DNA of 64,000 nt from Longimicrobiales bacterium (GCA_041690395.1 JAWLHJ010000001.1:352001-416000), one strand, 5' to 3'. Numbered from the stretch's first letter, positions 10,678 to 20,806 are shown. A program made the numbers and translations. The notes: generated from the letters alone by a model not told the origin.

Positions 10678-10776
10678 CATCACCCCTGCGCGCTCGGCTG
10701 AGGATGCGCGCCGGGACGACGGGGGCTAATATCCGCCGCTCCCCCCCCCGCCCCAGCCGGAGTTGATTCCTTGAGC

Positions 10777-12804
10777 ATGCGTCCACCCCTCGACAGGCCC
10801 TCTCTGGACTCGGCGGGCCGACTCTCCCGGCGCGACTTCGCCAAGGCGATGGGCGTCCTGGCACTCGGAACGCAGCTCCCGGGCTGTTTCGGGGGTGACG
10901 GCGGGGGGAGGGGGAGGGCCGCCCACGGGCCGTTCGTGCCGCACGCCGGTCCCGGCGGGATGACCGTGCTGTCGGACCTCCGGGTACCGATGCGCGACGG
11001 CGTCCACCTCGCGACGGACGTCTACCTGCCGGCAGTCGACGGCGAGGCGCTCCCCGGGCCGTTCCCCGTCATCCTGGAGCGGACACCCTACGGCAAGACG
11101 CGGCCGAGCCGGAGCGAGCGGTCGCGCGCGGAGCCCGACGAGGCGAAGGGGCGGGCCGAGGTCGCGCGCATGTTCGTCGATCGCGGCTTCGCGGTCATCT
11201 ACCAGGACAACCGCGGCCGCTACGACTCGGAGGGGACGTACACGAAGTACCTCGACAACGTCGAGGACGGATACGACTGCTGCGCGTGGATCCTCGATCA
11301 GCCCTGGTGCGACGGGCAGATCGGGACGATGGGGCTGTCGTACGCCGCTCACACCCAGGCCGCGCTGGCCTCGGCGGGCGCGCCCGGGGTGGCGTCGATG
11401 TTCATCGATTCGGGCGGCTTCTCGAACTCGTACCAGGGCGGGATCCGGCAGGGGGGCGCGTTCGAGCTGAAGCAGGCCACGTGGGCCTACCGGAACGCCC
11501 TCGTGAGCCCCGAGGTGCTGGCCGATCCCGAGCTCAAGCGCCGCATGGAGGCCGTCGACATCCATCAGTGGTTCCGGGAGATGCCGTGGGCACCCGGACG
11601 CTCGCCCGTGAGCCTGGCCCCCGACTACGAGGCGTATCTCTTCGAGCAGTGGACGCGGGGTGAGTTCGACGACTACTGGAAGCACCCGGCCATCTACGCC
11701 GCGGGATACTGGGAGAACTGGCCCGACGCGCCGATCGCGCTGATGTCTTCCTGGTTCGACCCGTATCCGCGCACGACCATCGAGAACTATCTGGGGCTGA
11801 ACGCCCTCGGGAAGGGGCCGCTCACCCTCATCATGGGACCGTGGACGCACGGTGACCGCTCGCTGACCTACGCCGGCGACGTCGACTTCGGGTCCGCCGC
11901 GACGCTCGACGGCCAGGTGGCGTCGGACTTCTGGGAGCTCCGACTCCGCTGGTTCGAGCATTGGCTGAGGGGGGTCGACAACGGCGTCGACGCCGAGCCC
12001 GCGGTCCGCTACTTCGTCATGGGCGGGGGGAGCGGGCTCACGAACGCCGACGGTCGCATGGACCACGGCGGGCGCTGGCGGACCGCCGCCGAATGGCCGA
12101 TCCCGGGCACGATCGAGCAGCCGTACTACCTCGGCGTGGGCGGAACGCTGACTCCCGAGCCGCCCGACGTGGAGAACGCGTCCCGACGGTACGAGTACGA
12201 CCCTCGCAGTCCCGTGCCGAGCATCGGCGGGACCATCACGTCCGGCGCGCCGATCATGGCGGGGGGTGCCTACGACCAGCGCGAGTCGTCGGAGTTCTAC
12301 GGCTCGACGCCTCCTTACCGGCCGCTCGCCGAGCGTCAGGACGTGCTCGTCTTCCAGACGCCGCCCCTCGAGCAGGACGTCGAGGTGACGGGCCCGCTCA
12401 TGGTGCGCCTCTGGATCAGCTCGGACGCCCCGGACACCGACTTCACCGCGAAGCTCGTCGACGTGTATCCCCCGAACGAGGATTACCCCGAGGGATACGC
12501 GATGAACGTCACCGACGGGATCATCCGGGTGCGCTACCGCGACTCGTGGGAGCAGCCCGAGCTCATGGAGCCCGGCGAGGTCTACGAAGTGACCATCGAG
12601 GCGTTTCCGACCAGCAATCTGTTCGCGCGCGGGCACCGGATCCGGCTCGACGTGTCGAGCAGCAACTACCCGCACTTCGACCTGAACTTCAACACCGGAG
12701 AGCCCGAGGGGCTCGCGACGCACAGCCGGGTGGCGACGAACACGGTCTATATGGACCGGACGCGGCCCTCACATGCCGTGCTGCCGATCGTACCCGCGTC
12801 ATGA
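10777..12804 (+). CDS. CocE/NonD family (peptidase S15-like) serine hydrolase, Tat-exported lipoprotein
   Basis: SRRDFAK..LPGC; VPMRDGVHLATDVY, RTPYG, QDNRGRYDSEG, GLSYAA, GPWTHG, GHRIRLDVSSSNYPHF. Confidence 0.9.
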   Translation: MRPPLDRPSLDSAGRLSRRDFAKAMGVLALGTQLPGCFGGDGGGRGRAAHGPFVPHAGPGGMTVLSDLRVPMRDGVHLATDVYLPAVDGEALPGPFPVILERTPYGKTRPSRSERSRAEPDEAKGRAEVARMFVDRGFAVIYQDNRGRYDSEGTYTKYLDNVEDGYDCCAWILDQPWCDGQIGTMGLSYAAHTQAALASAGAPGVASMFIDSGGFSNSYQGGIRQGGAFELKQATWAYRNALVSPEVLADPELKRRMEAVDIHQWFREMPWAPGRSPVSLAPDYEAYLFEQWTRGEFDDYWKHPAIYAAGYWENWPDAPIALMSSWFDPYPRTTIENYLGLNALGKGPLTLIMGPWTHGDRSLTYAGDVDFGSAATLDGQVASDFWELRLRWFEHWLRGVDNGVDAEPAVRYFVMGGGSGLTNADGRMDHGGRWRTAAEWPIPGTIEQPYYLGVGGTLTPEPPDVENASRRYEYDPRSPVPSIGGTITSGAPIMAGGAYDQRESSEFYGSTPPYRPLAERQDVLVFQTPPLEQDVEVTGPLMVRLWISSDAPDTDFTAKLVDVYPPNEDYPEGYAMNVTDGIIRVRYRDSWEQPELMEPGEVYEVTIEAFPTSNLFARGHRIRLDVSSSNYPHFDLNFNTGEPEGLATHSRVATNTVYMDRTRPSHAVLPIVPAS

Positions 12805-12826
12805 CGGAGTCCGTCGAGTCTTGAGC

Positions 12827-13807
12827 ATGGCGTCAGTGCGTCATGAGTATGTCATACTCATGCTGGCCGCCGTATTGGCCTCCTGCTCGGCCCCCGACCC
12901 GGCGCGCCGCGGCGTGGAGTGCCTGGCGCCCGCGGCCGCCGGAGGGGGCTGGGACCTGACCTGCCGGGTCACCGGCCGGATCCTGACCGATCTCGCGCTC
13001 GTACCGGGCGCGGTCTCGACGGTGAACATGCCGGGGGCCGGCGGGGGTGTCGCGTTCGCCCACGCGGTGGCCCAGCGGAACGACGACCCCAACGTGCTGA
13101 TCGCCGCGAGCCCGGCGACGACCCTCCGGCTCGCGCAGGGGCAGTTCGGACACCTGGAAGCGGACGACGTGCGCTGGGTCGGCGCGATCGGAGCGGAGTA
13201 CGGTATCGTGGCGGTCGACGCGGACGCGCCGTGGCAATCGCTCCGCGAGCTGCTCGAGGACTGGGCGGCGAGCCCGGACGAGATCGTGGTGAGCGGCGGG
13301 AGCGCCGTGGTCGGCCAGGATCACATGAAGATCCTGCTGCTCGGGCGGGAGGCCGGGATCGACCCGCTCCGCGTGCGGTACGTCCCGTTCGACGGCGGCG
13401 GGGAGGCACTCACCGCGCTGCTCGGCGGCTTCGTCCACGTGTTCAGCGGCGAAGCGTCCGAGGTCGAGAGCCACCTCGAGACCGGCTCGATCCGGGTGCT
13501 CGCGGTGCTCTCGCCCGGGCCGCTCGACGGGCTGCTGGCCGGCGTCCCCACCGCGATCGAGCAGGGATACGACGTGGAGTGGGTCACGTGGCGGGGCTTC
13601 TATGTCCCTGGTGGACTGAACGATACGGAGTACGACGCCTGGGTGGAGCGGCTCCGGGCGGTGGGTGAGTCCGAGGCGTGGGCGACCGCCCGGGCGCAGG
13701 CCCGACTCCGGCCGTACTTCCTGGTCGGCGAGCCGTTCGAGGCGTTCGTGATGGAGCAGGTCGACGCGTTCAGCGGCCTCGCGCGGGAGATGGGGGTGAT
13801 CCGGTGA
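12827..13807 (+). CDS. tctC: Tripartite tricarboxylate transporter substrate-binding protein
   Basis: PAAAGGGWDLTCR, NMPGAGGG, YVPFDGGGE, WRGFY; lipobox LASC. Confidence 0.9.
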   Translation: MASVRHEYVILMLAAVLASCSAPDPARRGVECLAPAAAGGGWDLTCRVTGRILTDLALVPGAVSTVNMPGAGGGVAFAHAVAQRNDDPNVLIAASPATTLRLAQGQFGHLEADDVRWVGAIGAEYGIVAVDADAPWQSLRELLEDWAASPDEIVVSGGSAVVGQDHMKILLLGREAGIDPLRVRYVPFDGGGEALTALLGGFVHVFSGEASEVESHLETGSIRVLAVLSPGPLDGLLAGVPTAIEQGYDVEWVTWRGFYVPGGLNDTEYDAWVERLRAVGESEAWATARAQARLRPYFLVGEPFEAFVMEQVDAFSGLAREMGVIR

Positions 13808-13820
13808 CCGGGGCGGACCG

Positions 13821-14351
13821 ATGACGGCCTCCCGCGCCCCGCTCATCGCGGCCCTCGGCGTCGTCGTGGCCGCCGCCGCCATCGCGCTCGAGGCCACCAC
13901 GTTCGACGTGGCGTTTCCGACCGATCCGCTCGGGCCCAAGGCGTTCCCGATGGTCGCCGCGGTGCTGCTCGCCATGGGAGGCCTCGCGTTGGTGCGGAGC
14001 GCGCGGGCGGACCGGGTGAAGGCGGCCCGGGCGGAGGCGGACGGGGCAGAGGCGGGCGTCGGGCGCGGGATCGCGGGCGCGGACGGTGGCGAGACGGGTG
14101 CGGACGGCCCGGAACCCGGCGCCGCCCGCCGGATCGCGCTCGGCACCGTCAGCTTCGTCGTGTACGCCTTCCTGCTGGCCCCGCTCGGCTTCGTGCTCGC
14201 CACCACCCTCGAGTTCGCCGTGCTGGCCCGCCTGTTCGGGGGGCCCACAGCCCGTGGCGCCGCGGCCGGGCTCGTCTTCGCGCTCCTGCTCTACGCGCTC
14301 TTCGTATACGGGCTCGGGCTTCCGCTCCCGCTCGGTATCCTCGAAGCCTGA
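13821..14351 (+). CDS. tctB: Tripartite tricarboxylate transporter small subunit
   Basis: DPLGPKAFP, LGFVLAT, LGLPLPLG; between tctC and tctA. Confidence 0.88.
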   Translation: MTASRAPLIAALGVVVAAAAIALEATTFDVAFPTDPLGPKAFPMVAAVLLAMGGLALVRSARADRVKAARAEADGAEAGVGRGIAGADGGETGADGPEPGAARRIALGTVSFVVYAFLLAPLGFVLATTLEFAVLARLFGGPTARGAAAGLVFALLLYALFVYGLGLPLPLGILEA

Positions 14352-14364
14352 GCAGGACCACGAC

Positions 14365-15885
14365 TTGGACGCCCTCTCCCAGCTAGCCGTCGGCTTCTCG
14401 GTCGCGCTCCAACCGCTCAACCTGAGCCTCGCCCTCGGGGGCGTGGTGGTCGGCACCGTCGTCGGCATGCTTCCCGGCATCGGCCCGATCAACGCGATCG
14501 CGATGCTCATCCCGCTCCTCTACGCTGTGGGGCTGCCGCCCGAGTCGTCCCTCATCCTGCTCGCGGGCATCTACTACGGATCGCAGTACGGCAACTCGAT
14601 CAGTACCATCCTGCTCAACGTCCCCGGGACCGCGTCCGCGGTGGTGACCGCCATCGACGGGCACCAGATGACCAAGCAGGGGCGGGGCGGTGAGGCCCTC
14701 GCACTCGCCGCGGTGTCGTCGTTCGTGGGGGGCACGCTCTCGATCCTCGGGCTGATCTTCCTGGCGCCCGCCCTTTCGCGCTGGGCCATCCGCTTCGGCC
14801 CCGCCGAGTACTTCGCGCTCATGGTCTTCGCGTTCTCGGCTCTCTCCAGCGTCTCGGGCAAGAGCGTTCCGCGCGCCCTCGCGGCCACCGGCCTCGGCCT
14901 CTTCCTCGCGACCATCGGCATGGATCCGAACAGCGCCGTGCCCCGTTACACGTTCGGGCAGCTCCGCCTCTTCGACGGGCTCGACTTCGTGGTCGTCACC
15001 ATCGGGCTCTTCGCGGTGAGCGAGGTGCTCCTCGTGCTGGAGAAGACCGAGTGGGGGGGCGAGGCGGCGGCCCGGTACGGCAAGGTGTCGATGAAGCTCG
15101 GTGCCATGTTCCGGTCGTTCTGGACGATGATCCGCGGGAGCGTCGTGGGGTTCTTCGTCGGCGTGCTCCCGGGCGCGGGTGGCACCATCGCCGCCTTCCT
15201 GTCGTACAGCGTCGAGGAGAAGATGGCCGGTGAGGGCGGCCGCTTCGGGCGCGGCGACGAGCGTGGCGTGGCCGGTCCGGAGGCGGCCAACAACGCGGCC
15301 ACCACGGGTGCCATGATCCCGCTTCTCACCCTGGGGATCCCCGGCAGCGGCACCACGGCGGTCCTGCTCGGCGCCCTCCTCGGACTCGGGCTCGCGCCCG
15401 GCCCACTGCTCATCGAGCGCAATCCCGAGGTCTTCTGGGGGCTCGCGGCCTCGATGTACGTCGGCAACGTTTTCCTCCTCCTGCTCAATCTTCCCCTGGT
15501 CGGGCTGTTCGTACGGGTGCTCAGGCTGCCGCGCTGGATCCTCATGCCGGGTGTCGCCGCGCTCTCGTTCGTGGCCGTGTACGCCGTGAACCAGAGCCCG
15601 TTCGACCTCGTGCTCATGGCCGGGTTCGGCCTGCTCGGGTACGGGATGAGGAAGGGCGGCTTCCCGCTCGCGCCGGTGATCCTCGGCCTCGTGCTCGGAC
15701 CGCTCATGGAGAAGAACCTGCGCCGTGCCTTGGCTTTGAGCGGGGGCGAGTGGAGCGTGATGTTCTCGAGCTCGCTCGCCATCGGGCTCTGGGCGATGGC
15801 TGTGGCGGCGCTGGTCGTGCCGTGGGCGCTCGGGGCGAGACGGCGTGCGCGGGCGCTGGCCGGATCGGGGATCGGGGCGGAATAA
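14365..15885 (+). CDS. tctA: Tripartite tricarboxylate transporter large subunit
   Basis: GMLPGIGP, YYGSQYG, DGHQMTKQGR, PEAANNA, LTLGIPGS; TTG start inferred. Confidence 0.92.
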   Translation: MDALSQLAVGFSVALQPLNLSLALGGVVVGTVVGMLPGIGPINAIAMLIPLLYAVGLPPESSLILLAGIYYGSQYGNSISTILLNVPGTASAVVTAIDGHQMTKQGRGGEALALAAVSSFVGGTLSILGLIFLAPALSRWAIRFGPAEYFALMVFAFSALSSVSGKSVPRALAATGLGLFLATIGMDPNSAVPRYTFGQLRLFDGLDFVVVTIGLFAVSEVLLVLEKTEWGGEAAARYGKVSMKLGAMFRSFWTMIRGSVVGFFVGVLPGAGGTIAAFLSYSVEEKMAGEGGRFGRGDERGVAGPEAANNAATTGAMIPLLTLGIPGSGTTAVLLGALLGLGLAPGPLLIERNPEVFWGLAASMYVGNVFLLLLNLPLVGLFVRVLRLPRWILMPGVAALSFVAVYAVNQSPFDLVLMAGFGLLGYGMRKGGFPLAPVILGLVLGPLMEKNLRRALALSGGEWSVMFSSSLAIGLWAMAVAALVVPWALGARRRARALAGSGIGAE

Positions 15886-16060
15886 TGGGTCGCGACGCCG
15901 TTTCACGGGGTAACACGTCGGCGATCCCGTGTCGTGGCGCGCCTTCTGCAGTAGTTTAGGGGACGCGGTTCGCGACTTTCGCGCACCGCAAGTCATCACA
16001 GGGCCGGCCCGCTTCCGGGCGCGCCGACTCTCATCCTCTCGGTGGAGGGTTCCGGATCCG

Positions 16061-16726
16061 ATGAATACGATGTCGTTGGGCCGTCGCACGCTGATCGTCG
16101 CTACGCTCATGGGTGCCATGGCCATTCAGGGTTGCTCCTCGAACCTCCGTACCGGCGCCCTGGGGGGCGCGGCCGCGGGGGCCGTCGTCGGCGGCCTCAC
16201 CAGCGGAACCGCCCGCGGAGCGATCATCGGCGCGGCCGTCGGCGGCGCTGCCGGTGCGGCCATCGGCGCCGTCATGGACAGCCAGGCCGAGGACCTGCAG
16301 GACAAGCTCCCGAACGCTCGGGTGGAGCGGGTCGGTGAAGGCATCGCCGTCACCTTCGACTCCGGCATCTTGTTCGGCTTCGACTCGTCGGACCTGCAGG
16401 GGGCCGGTCAGCAGAATCTGAGCGACCTCGCGGCGTCCCTCGAGGAGTACGAGGGCACCGAGGTTCTCGTCGTGGGCCACACCGACTCGGTCGGCTCGGA
16501 CGCGTACAATCAGGGCCTGTCGGAGCGGCGCGCGGCGTCCGCCCGGAGCTATCTGATCGGGGCTGGGCTCGAAGCCGGACGGGTGCGCGCGGTCGGCATG
16601 GGCGAGACCGAGCCCATCGCCTCGAACGACACGGACGCCGGCCGGCAGCAGAACCGCCGTGTCGAGGTCGCGATCTTCGCCAGCGACGACATGCAGGCCG
16701 AGATGCTCCGCCGCCACGGCGGCTGA
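16061..16726 (+). CDS. OmpA-family lipoprotein with glycine zipper
   Basis: IQGC lipobox, GAAAGAVVGG repeats, VGHTDSVG, NQGLSERRA, NRRVE. Confidence 0.92.
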   Translation: MNTMSLGRRTLIVATLMGAMAIQGCSSNLRTGALGGAAAGAVVGGLTSGTARGAIIGAAVGGAAGAAIGAVMDSQAEDLQDKLPNARVERVGEGIAVTFDSGILFGFDSSDLQGAGQQNLSDLAASLEEYEGTEVLVVGHTDSVGSDAYNQGLSERRAASARSYLIGAGLEAGRVRAVGMGETEPIASNDTDAGRQQNRRVEVAIFASDDMQAEMLRRHGG

Positions 16727-16771
16727 GCGAACGGACCACTGAGCGCAAGCGAAGCCCCCGGTGCCGCCGAG

Positions 16772-17425
16772 TTGGAAGCGGCGCTGGGGGCTTTGTTGCC
16801 TCTGGGGGTGGCGGTCGTCGTGTGGTCGCCGGCGCTTGGAGAGGCGGAGCTCGGACCCCGGGAGGCCGAGGCGGTGGCGCGGGCCGTGCCGAAGCGCCGC
16901 GTCGAGTTCGCCCGTGGGCGGGCGTGTGCGCGGGAGGCGCTGCGTAGGGCGGGGTACGGGGCGGAGGCCCCCGACTTCGTCGAGATCCCGGTGGGCGCTT
17001 CGCGCGAGCCCGTCTGGCCCGGCGGCTTCACCGGGTCGATCACACACTGTGACGGGTTCGTCGCGGCGGTGGCGGCGCGCACCGACGTGGTCCGCGGCAT
17101 CGGGTTGGACGGGGAGGTCGACCGGCCGCTTCCCGACGGGGTGCCTGCTCAGGTGATCACGCCGGAGGAGGCGGATGCGCTGCCTGATTCGAGCCAGCAC
17201 ATCATTTGCTTTTCCGCCAAGGAATCCATCCACAAGGCCGTCTTCCCGCTGACGGGGATGTGGCTGGACTTTCTCGACGTGGCGGTGGAGTTGGACTCGG
17301 GAGGGTTCCGAGCCCGGCATGCCGCGGGTGCCGAGGCCCGCGTGCCGGAGATCGAGGTCTTGCGAGGGCGTTACGTCCGGATGGGCGGGCTGGTCGTGGC
17401 GGTCGGCTGGATGCCCTGCCTCTGA
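16772..17425 (+). CDS. 4'-phosphopantetheinyl transferase (EntD-like)
   Basis: KRRVEFARGRACAR, REPVWPGGFTGSITHC, IGLDGE, FSAKESIHKA. Confidence 0.9.
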   Translation: MEAALGALLPLGVAVVVWSPALGEAELGPREAEAVARAVPKRRVEFARGRACAREALRRAGYGAEAPDFVEIPVGASREPVWPGGFTGSITHCDGFVAAVAARTDVVRGIGLDGEVDRPLPDGVPAQVITPEEADALPDSSQHIICFSAKESIHKAVFPLTGMWLDFLDVAVELDSGGFRARHAAGAEARVPEIEVLRGRYVRMGGLVVAVGWMPCL

Positions 17426-17462
17426 CGCGGCCGGCGTGGCGGCCGATGCCGGGTGGACCTGC

Positions 17463-19460
17463 TCAATCCATGCCCGGCACCAGCGCGTCGATCCGCTCCT
17501 CCAGCCGCGCTCGCATGGCCTCCACCTCCGCCCGCTGCTGCTCCACGCGGTCGGCGATCTGCGTCTGGACCGCGTCCACCCGGCCGCGTGCGTCCTGCAC
17601 GAGCGGCTGAACGCGCCGGTCGACCTCTTCGCGGAGCCGTGCCTCGGCGGCTTCGATCTCCCGGCCGAGCTCCCGGCGGAGGCTCTCCGCCACCGCGGAC
17701 CCGATGTTCGAGTCGACGGAGATGGATGGGCTCTCGATGCTGCCGCTCAGACCCATGGTCAGCTCCACCTGCTGGAGGCTCGCGACCGTGCGCCAGAGGA
17801 GGTCGCGGGCCCACTCGGCGGTGCCGACCTGGAGGTCCGCGGCGGAGGTGCCGGTGAGGGACTCGGCGAGGGTGCGGGGCTGCTGGACGGCGGCCCCGCC
17901 GGATCCGGCGCTCCCGGTCTCGGTGCCGCTCCCGCCATCCAGGCGGAGCCACTGCACGTTGTCCGAGCTCCAGTGGAGCCGCGCGTCGATCTCCCCGCCG
18001 ACCCGGAGCAGGTCGAAGTCGACGTCGCCGAGGCCCAGATCGAGCCGGGCGTCGAGGGCGTCGAGGGCGAGCATCGGGAGCCCGATCCCGTCGAGGTCGA
18101 GGGAGACCGAGTCCCGCAGGAGCTCCGTGGTGTGATCGAGCACGGCCGATAGGCTGAGGCCCGCGGGACCCTGCACGCTCCCGGTGCGTCCCACGACGAG
18201 CTCGAGTGGGCGTCCGACCAGCGTCGGCTGTGACGTCAGGTTGCGGAGGTCGGCCGTGTACTGCCCGGCCGCCAGCCCCTCGCCGGCGATCTCCAGACCC
18301 AGCTCACCCTGCTCCAGCAGGAACGACGGATACGTGGCGCGTCCCGGGAACTCGACCGTCGTCCCCTGGGCCCGGGCGCGGTTCGGTCCCGGCCGGTTCC
18401 GCGGATCGAGGCCGGGCGGGAGGTAGCGCTCGGCGGTCTGCGCCCAGTAGAGCACGGGCTTGAGCCAGTTGAGCGCGGTGCCGCCGAAGATGGCCGGGGA
18501 CAGGTCCGGCCCCTCGAGCGACGGGAGGTTCAGCAGGCTGCGCGCGTAGGCCAGGTCGGCCGTCCGCATCTCCGGGAATTTGGCCACGCCCGAGCGGAGT
18601 GACTGCACGCCGCCGCGCACCTCGTCGTCGAGGGCGGCGATCTCGTCCTGAAGGCTGGTCAGGCGGTCCAGCGCCGTGCGCCCGTCGCGCACCAGGCCCG
18701 GCACCTGGGTCGCTGTGAGGGGGGTGAGCCGGAAGCTCTCGAGCCGCTCGACCACGGCCTGGAGCGAGTCGATGCGCGGTCGGGGATCCAGGGATTCGAT
18801 GCGGTCCTGCCATCCTTCCCGCAACGAATCCGCGCGCCCGGCCAGGGCCCGCGCGTGCTGCACCGTGCGGAGGCTGTCCGTCGAGATCGCGTCGGTGCGC
18901 ACCACGGTCGAGAGGCCCTCGAGGCTCAGCGGCGGCAGATCGATCTGGTCCGCCCAGGCATCGATCTCCCGGAAGAGCGCGCCCGACTCGGGGTCGGGAT
19001 TCTCGAGCGCCCCGGACGTCTCCCGCGGCGTGTTGAAGCGGACGCCGGTCACCACCAGGTCCTGCACCACGACCTTCTTGGTGAGGAGCGGCTCCAGCAT
19101 GAGATCGACCAGGACCTCCTCGGCCTCGAAGAGGTTGGTCATCGGCGCGTTCGGGTTCGTCACCTGGAGGCCCGTCAGGCGGACGCTCCCCTCGGTCGGG
19201 CGAACGTCGGCGGCGTCGAGATCGACCCTCGCGCCCACGATCGACGCGCCCGTGGACTCGACGCTCCGCTCCACGAGCCGGTCGGCCCAGAGCCACCAGG
19301 CGCCGGCGAGGAGCAGGCAGAGGACGAGGAAGACGACGAGCCCGGGCGGGCGGAGGATGTGGGACTTCCGGCGCGCGCCGGAGCGGGCGGGAGCCTCGGG
19401 GGCGGTCGGGCCCTCGGACGCAGTGGATTCCCGGCGGTGGTCCTTTGGCTGGTCGCTCAT
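17463..19460 (-). CDS. TIGR03545-like large membrane-anchored protein
   Basis: One N-terminal TM, GARVDLDAADV, LQVTNPNAPMTNLFE, long helical regions; ATG 19460 overlaps stop of upstream partner. Confidence 0.72.
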   Translation of the reverse strand: MSDQPKDHRRESTASEGPTAPEAPARSGARRKSHILRPPGLVVFLVLCLLLAGAWWLWADRLVERSVESTGASIVGARVDLDAADVRPTEGSVRLTGLQVTNPNAPMTNLFEAEEVLVDLMLEPLLTKKVVVQDLVVTGVRFNTPRETSGALENPDPESGALFREIDAWADQIDLPPLSLEGLSTVVRTDAISTDSLRTVQHARALAGRADSLREGWQDRIESLDPRPRIDSLQAVVERLESFRLTPLTATQVPGLVRDGRTALDRLTSLQDEIAALDDEVRGGVQSLRSGVAKFPEMRTADLAYARSLLNLPSLEGPDLSPAIFGGTALNWLKPVLYWAQTAERYLPPGLDPRNRPGPNRARAQGTTVEFPGRATYPSFLLEQGELGLEIAGEGLAAGQYTADLRNLTSQPTLVGRPLELVVGRTGSVQGPAGLSLSAVLDHTTELLRDSVSLDLDGIGLPMLALDALDARLDLGLGDVDFDLLRVGGEIDARLHWSSDNVQWLRLDGGSGTETGSAGSGGAAVQQPRTLAESLTGTSAADLQVGTAEWARDLLWRTVASLQQVELTMGLSGSIESPSISVDSNIGSAVAESLRRELGREIEAAEARLREEVDRRVQPLVQDARGRVDAVQTQIADRVEQQRAEVEAMRARLEERIDALVPGMD

Positions 19461-19975
19461 GGCCGGAACATCCGGTAGGTGTTGTAGAGCTTCGAGCCCC
19501 GGACCGCCTTGAAGAACTTCGCGTCCTTGTACCGCTCGTAGATCGTGGCCCGGTAGCGTGCGACGCCGAAGCGGGCCGCGAAGAAAATCGGGATCGACAG
19601 CGCGAGCCAGCCCACGAAGCTGCCGACCACGATGGTGTTCGTCGGGTTGGCGAGCGCGATCACCGGCGTGTTGTACGCGGCGGCCCAGACGGGTCGGAGC
19701 CCGTCGGCGTCCATGAGCAGCGCACGGCCGATCTGGTCGAACGCCGGATCGAGCAGGAAGCCCACCGGCGTGAAGATCATCCAGCCGAGCATCGCCCCGG
19801 GGACCGACACCCGGAAGAAGAGGATCGCCAGGACGACGAGCAGGTTGTGCAGGTTGAGGAGCGGCGTGAGGCCGAGGCACGCGCCCACGGCGATGCCTGC
19901 GGCGACCTGGCCGGGCGTCCCCTCCGAGTTCAGCGCCTTCACGAGGCTCTGGACGAGCTTGATGATCCAGTACAT
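19457..19975 (-). CDS. TIGR03546-like (DUF2062) membrane protein
   Basis: LNSEGTPGQVAAG, LLDPAFDQIG, TNTIVVGS; usual partner of TIGR03545. Confidence 0.78.
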   Translation of the reverse strand: MYWIIKLVQSLVKALNSEGTPGQVAAGIAVGACLGLTPLLNLHNLLVVLAILFFRVSVPGAMLGWMIFTPVGFLLDPAFDQIGRALLMDADGLRPVWAAAYNTPVIALANPTNTIVVGSFVGWLALSIPIFFAARFGVARYRATIYERYKDAKFFKAVRGSKLYNTYRMFRP

Positions 19976-20161
19976 GCGCGGAATCTAGACGCAATCCCGA
20001 AGAGACGCACGGAGGGCGGGCAGACGGGTACGCGGGCACTCGGTCGATGGCGCCGGGTCCGACGACCCACCGAGGGAGAGCACCGTGAGCATCAGGACCC
20101 ACATCAACCTGTGTGCCGAGGAGATCCGGCGGGATCAAGCGGCTGCTTGGGTTGTGAGCTT

Positions 20162-20337
20162 TCTTCCGCGACTTCGAGAATCGTTCGAGGTTCGAACGAT
20201 CTCGTCCGTGACAGCCACGATCGCGTAGGTTCCGGGAGGGCAGGTGTGGTGGGGAAATCCACGCAGTGGTTCACCGGAGGGCGCCTCCCGAAGTCGTTCG
20301 ACTTTCGAACGACTTTCGAACTGCGTCCCCACGGACC
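20162..20337. repeat. Dispersed palindromic repeat family A, copy 2 (inverted relative to copy 1)
   Basis: TCGTTCGA-N3-TCGAACGA at 20181-20199 and 20294-20312, spacing within 1 bp of copy 1; right boundary approximate. Confidence 0.75.
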
Positions 20338-20463
20338 GCGCCGGACGCCGCCCGACAGCCCTCTACAGTGTCGCGCATGGGGCGGGGGAGGGATCTGCGG
20401 ACGATTGGGGCACGCGTTGGGAGGAGGGCGCGTCCGTGGGGGCGCTTTGGGGGCGTCCGGCGG

Positions 20464-20639
20464 GGGGAGAACTGCACGATCGTGCAGGGTTGCAGCACCA
20501 GATAGAGGGTTTTCCCCGCTATGCGGGGAAAAGTCCACATTCATTGCCGGGCGCGACCGCGGCCGTGCGGTTTGCATCGGCTGGCGGGGCAAATCGACAC
20601 AGAGGCGGGAAGGACCTGCACGATTGTGCAGTTGTCCCC
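20464..20639. repeat. MITE-like repeat family B, copy 1 (176 bp)
   Basis: 25-bp terminal inverted repeats GGGGAGAACTGCACGATCGTGCAGG / CCTGCACGATTGTGCAGTTGTCCCC; internal hairpin TTTTCCCCGC-TAT-GCGGGGAAAA. Confidence 0.85.
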
Positions 20640-20649
20640 GGGCGGCGCT

Positions 20650-20790
20650 CCTCGCGTCCTGTCCGCCGTCGCGTCCCGGCGTTCCCTTCGCGTCCCGGCG
20701 GTCCCTTCGCGTCCTAGCGGTCCGTTCGCGGCCCGGCCGTCCTGTCGCGCCTGGCGCCCTTCGCGTCCTGGCGTCCCCTCGGCGCCCCTC
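20650..20790 (+). repeat. Degenerate ~19-bp tandem repeat (core TCGCGTCC)
   Basis: e.g. TCCCTTCGCGTCCCGGCGG / TCCCTTCGCGTCCTAGCGG / TCCGTTCGCGGCCCGGCCG. Confidence 0.65.
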
Positions 20791-20806
20791 CCGCCCTGGC
20801 GCCTTC

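Noticed and set aside
19461..20138. N-terminal extension of ORF 17463-20138
   Set aside because: Overlaps the TIGR03546-like gene in another frame; ATG 19460 is coupled to its stop
20100..20800. Short ORFs across the repeat region, including shared ENCTIVQ peptides with 27.3 kb
   Set aside because: Similarity comes from the DNA repeat and its palindromes; no coding signal
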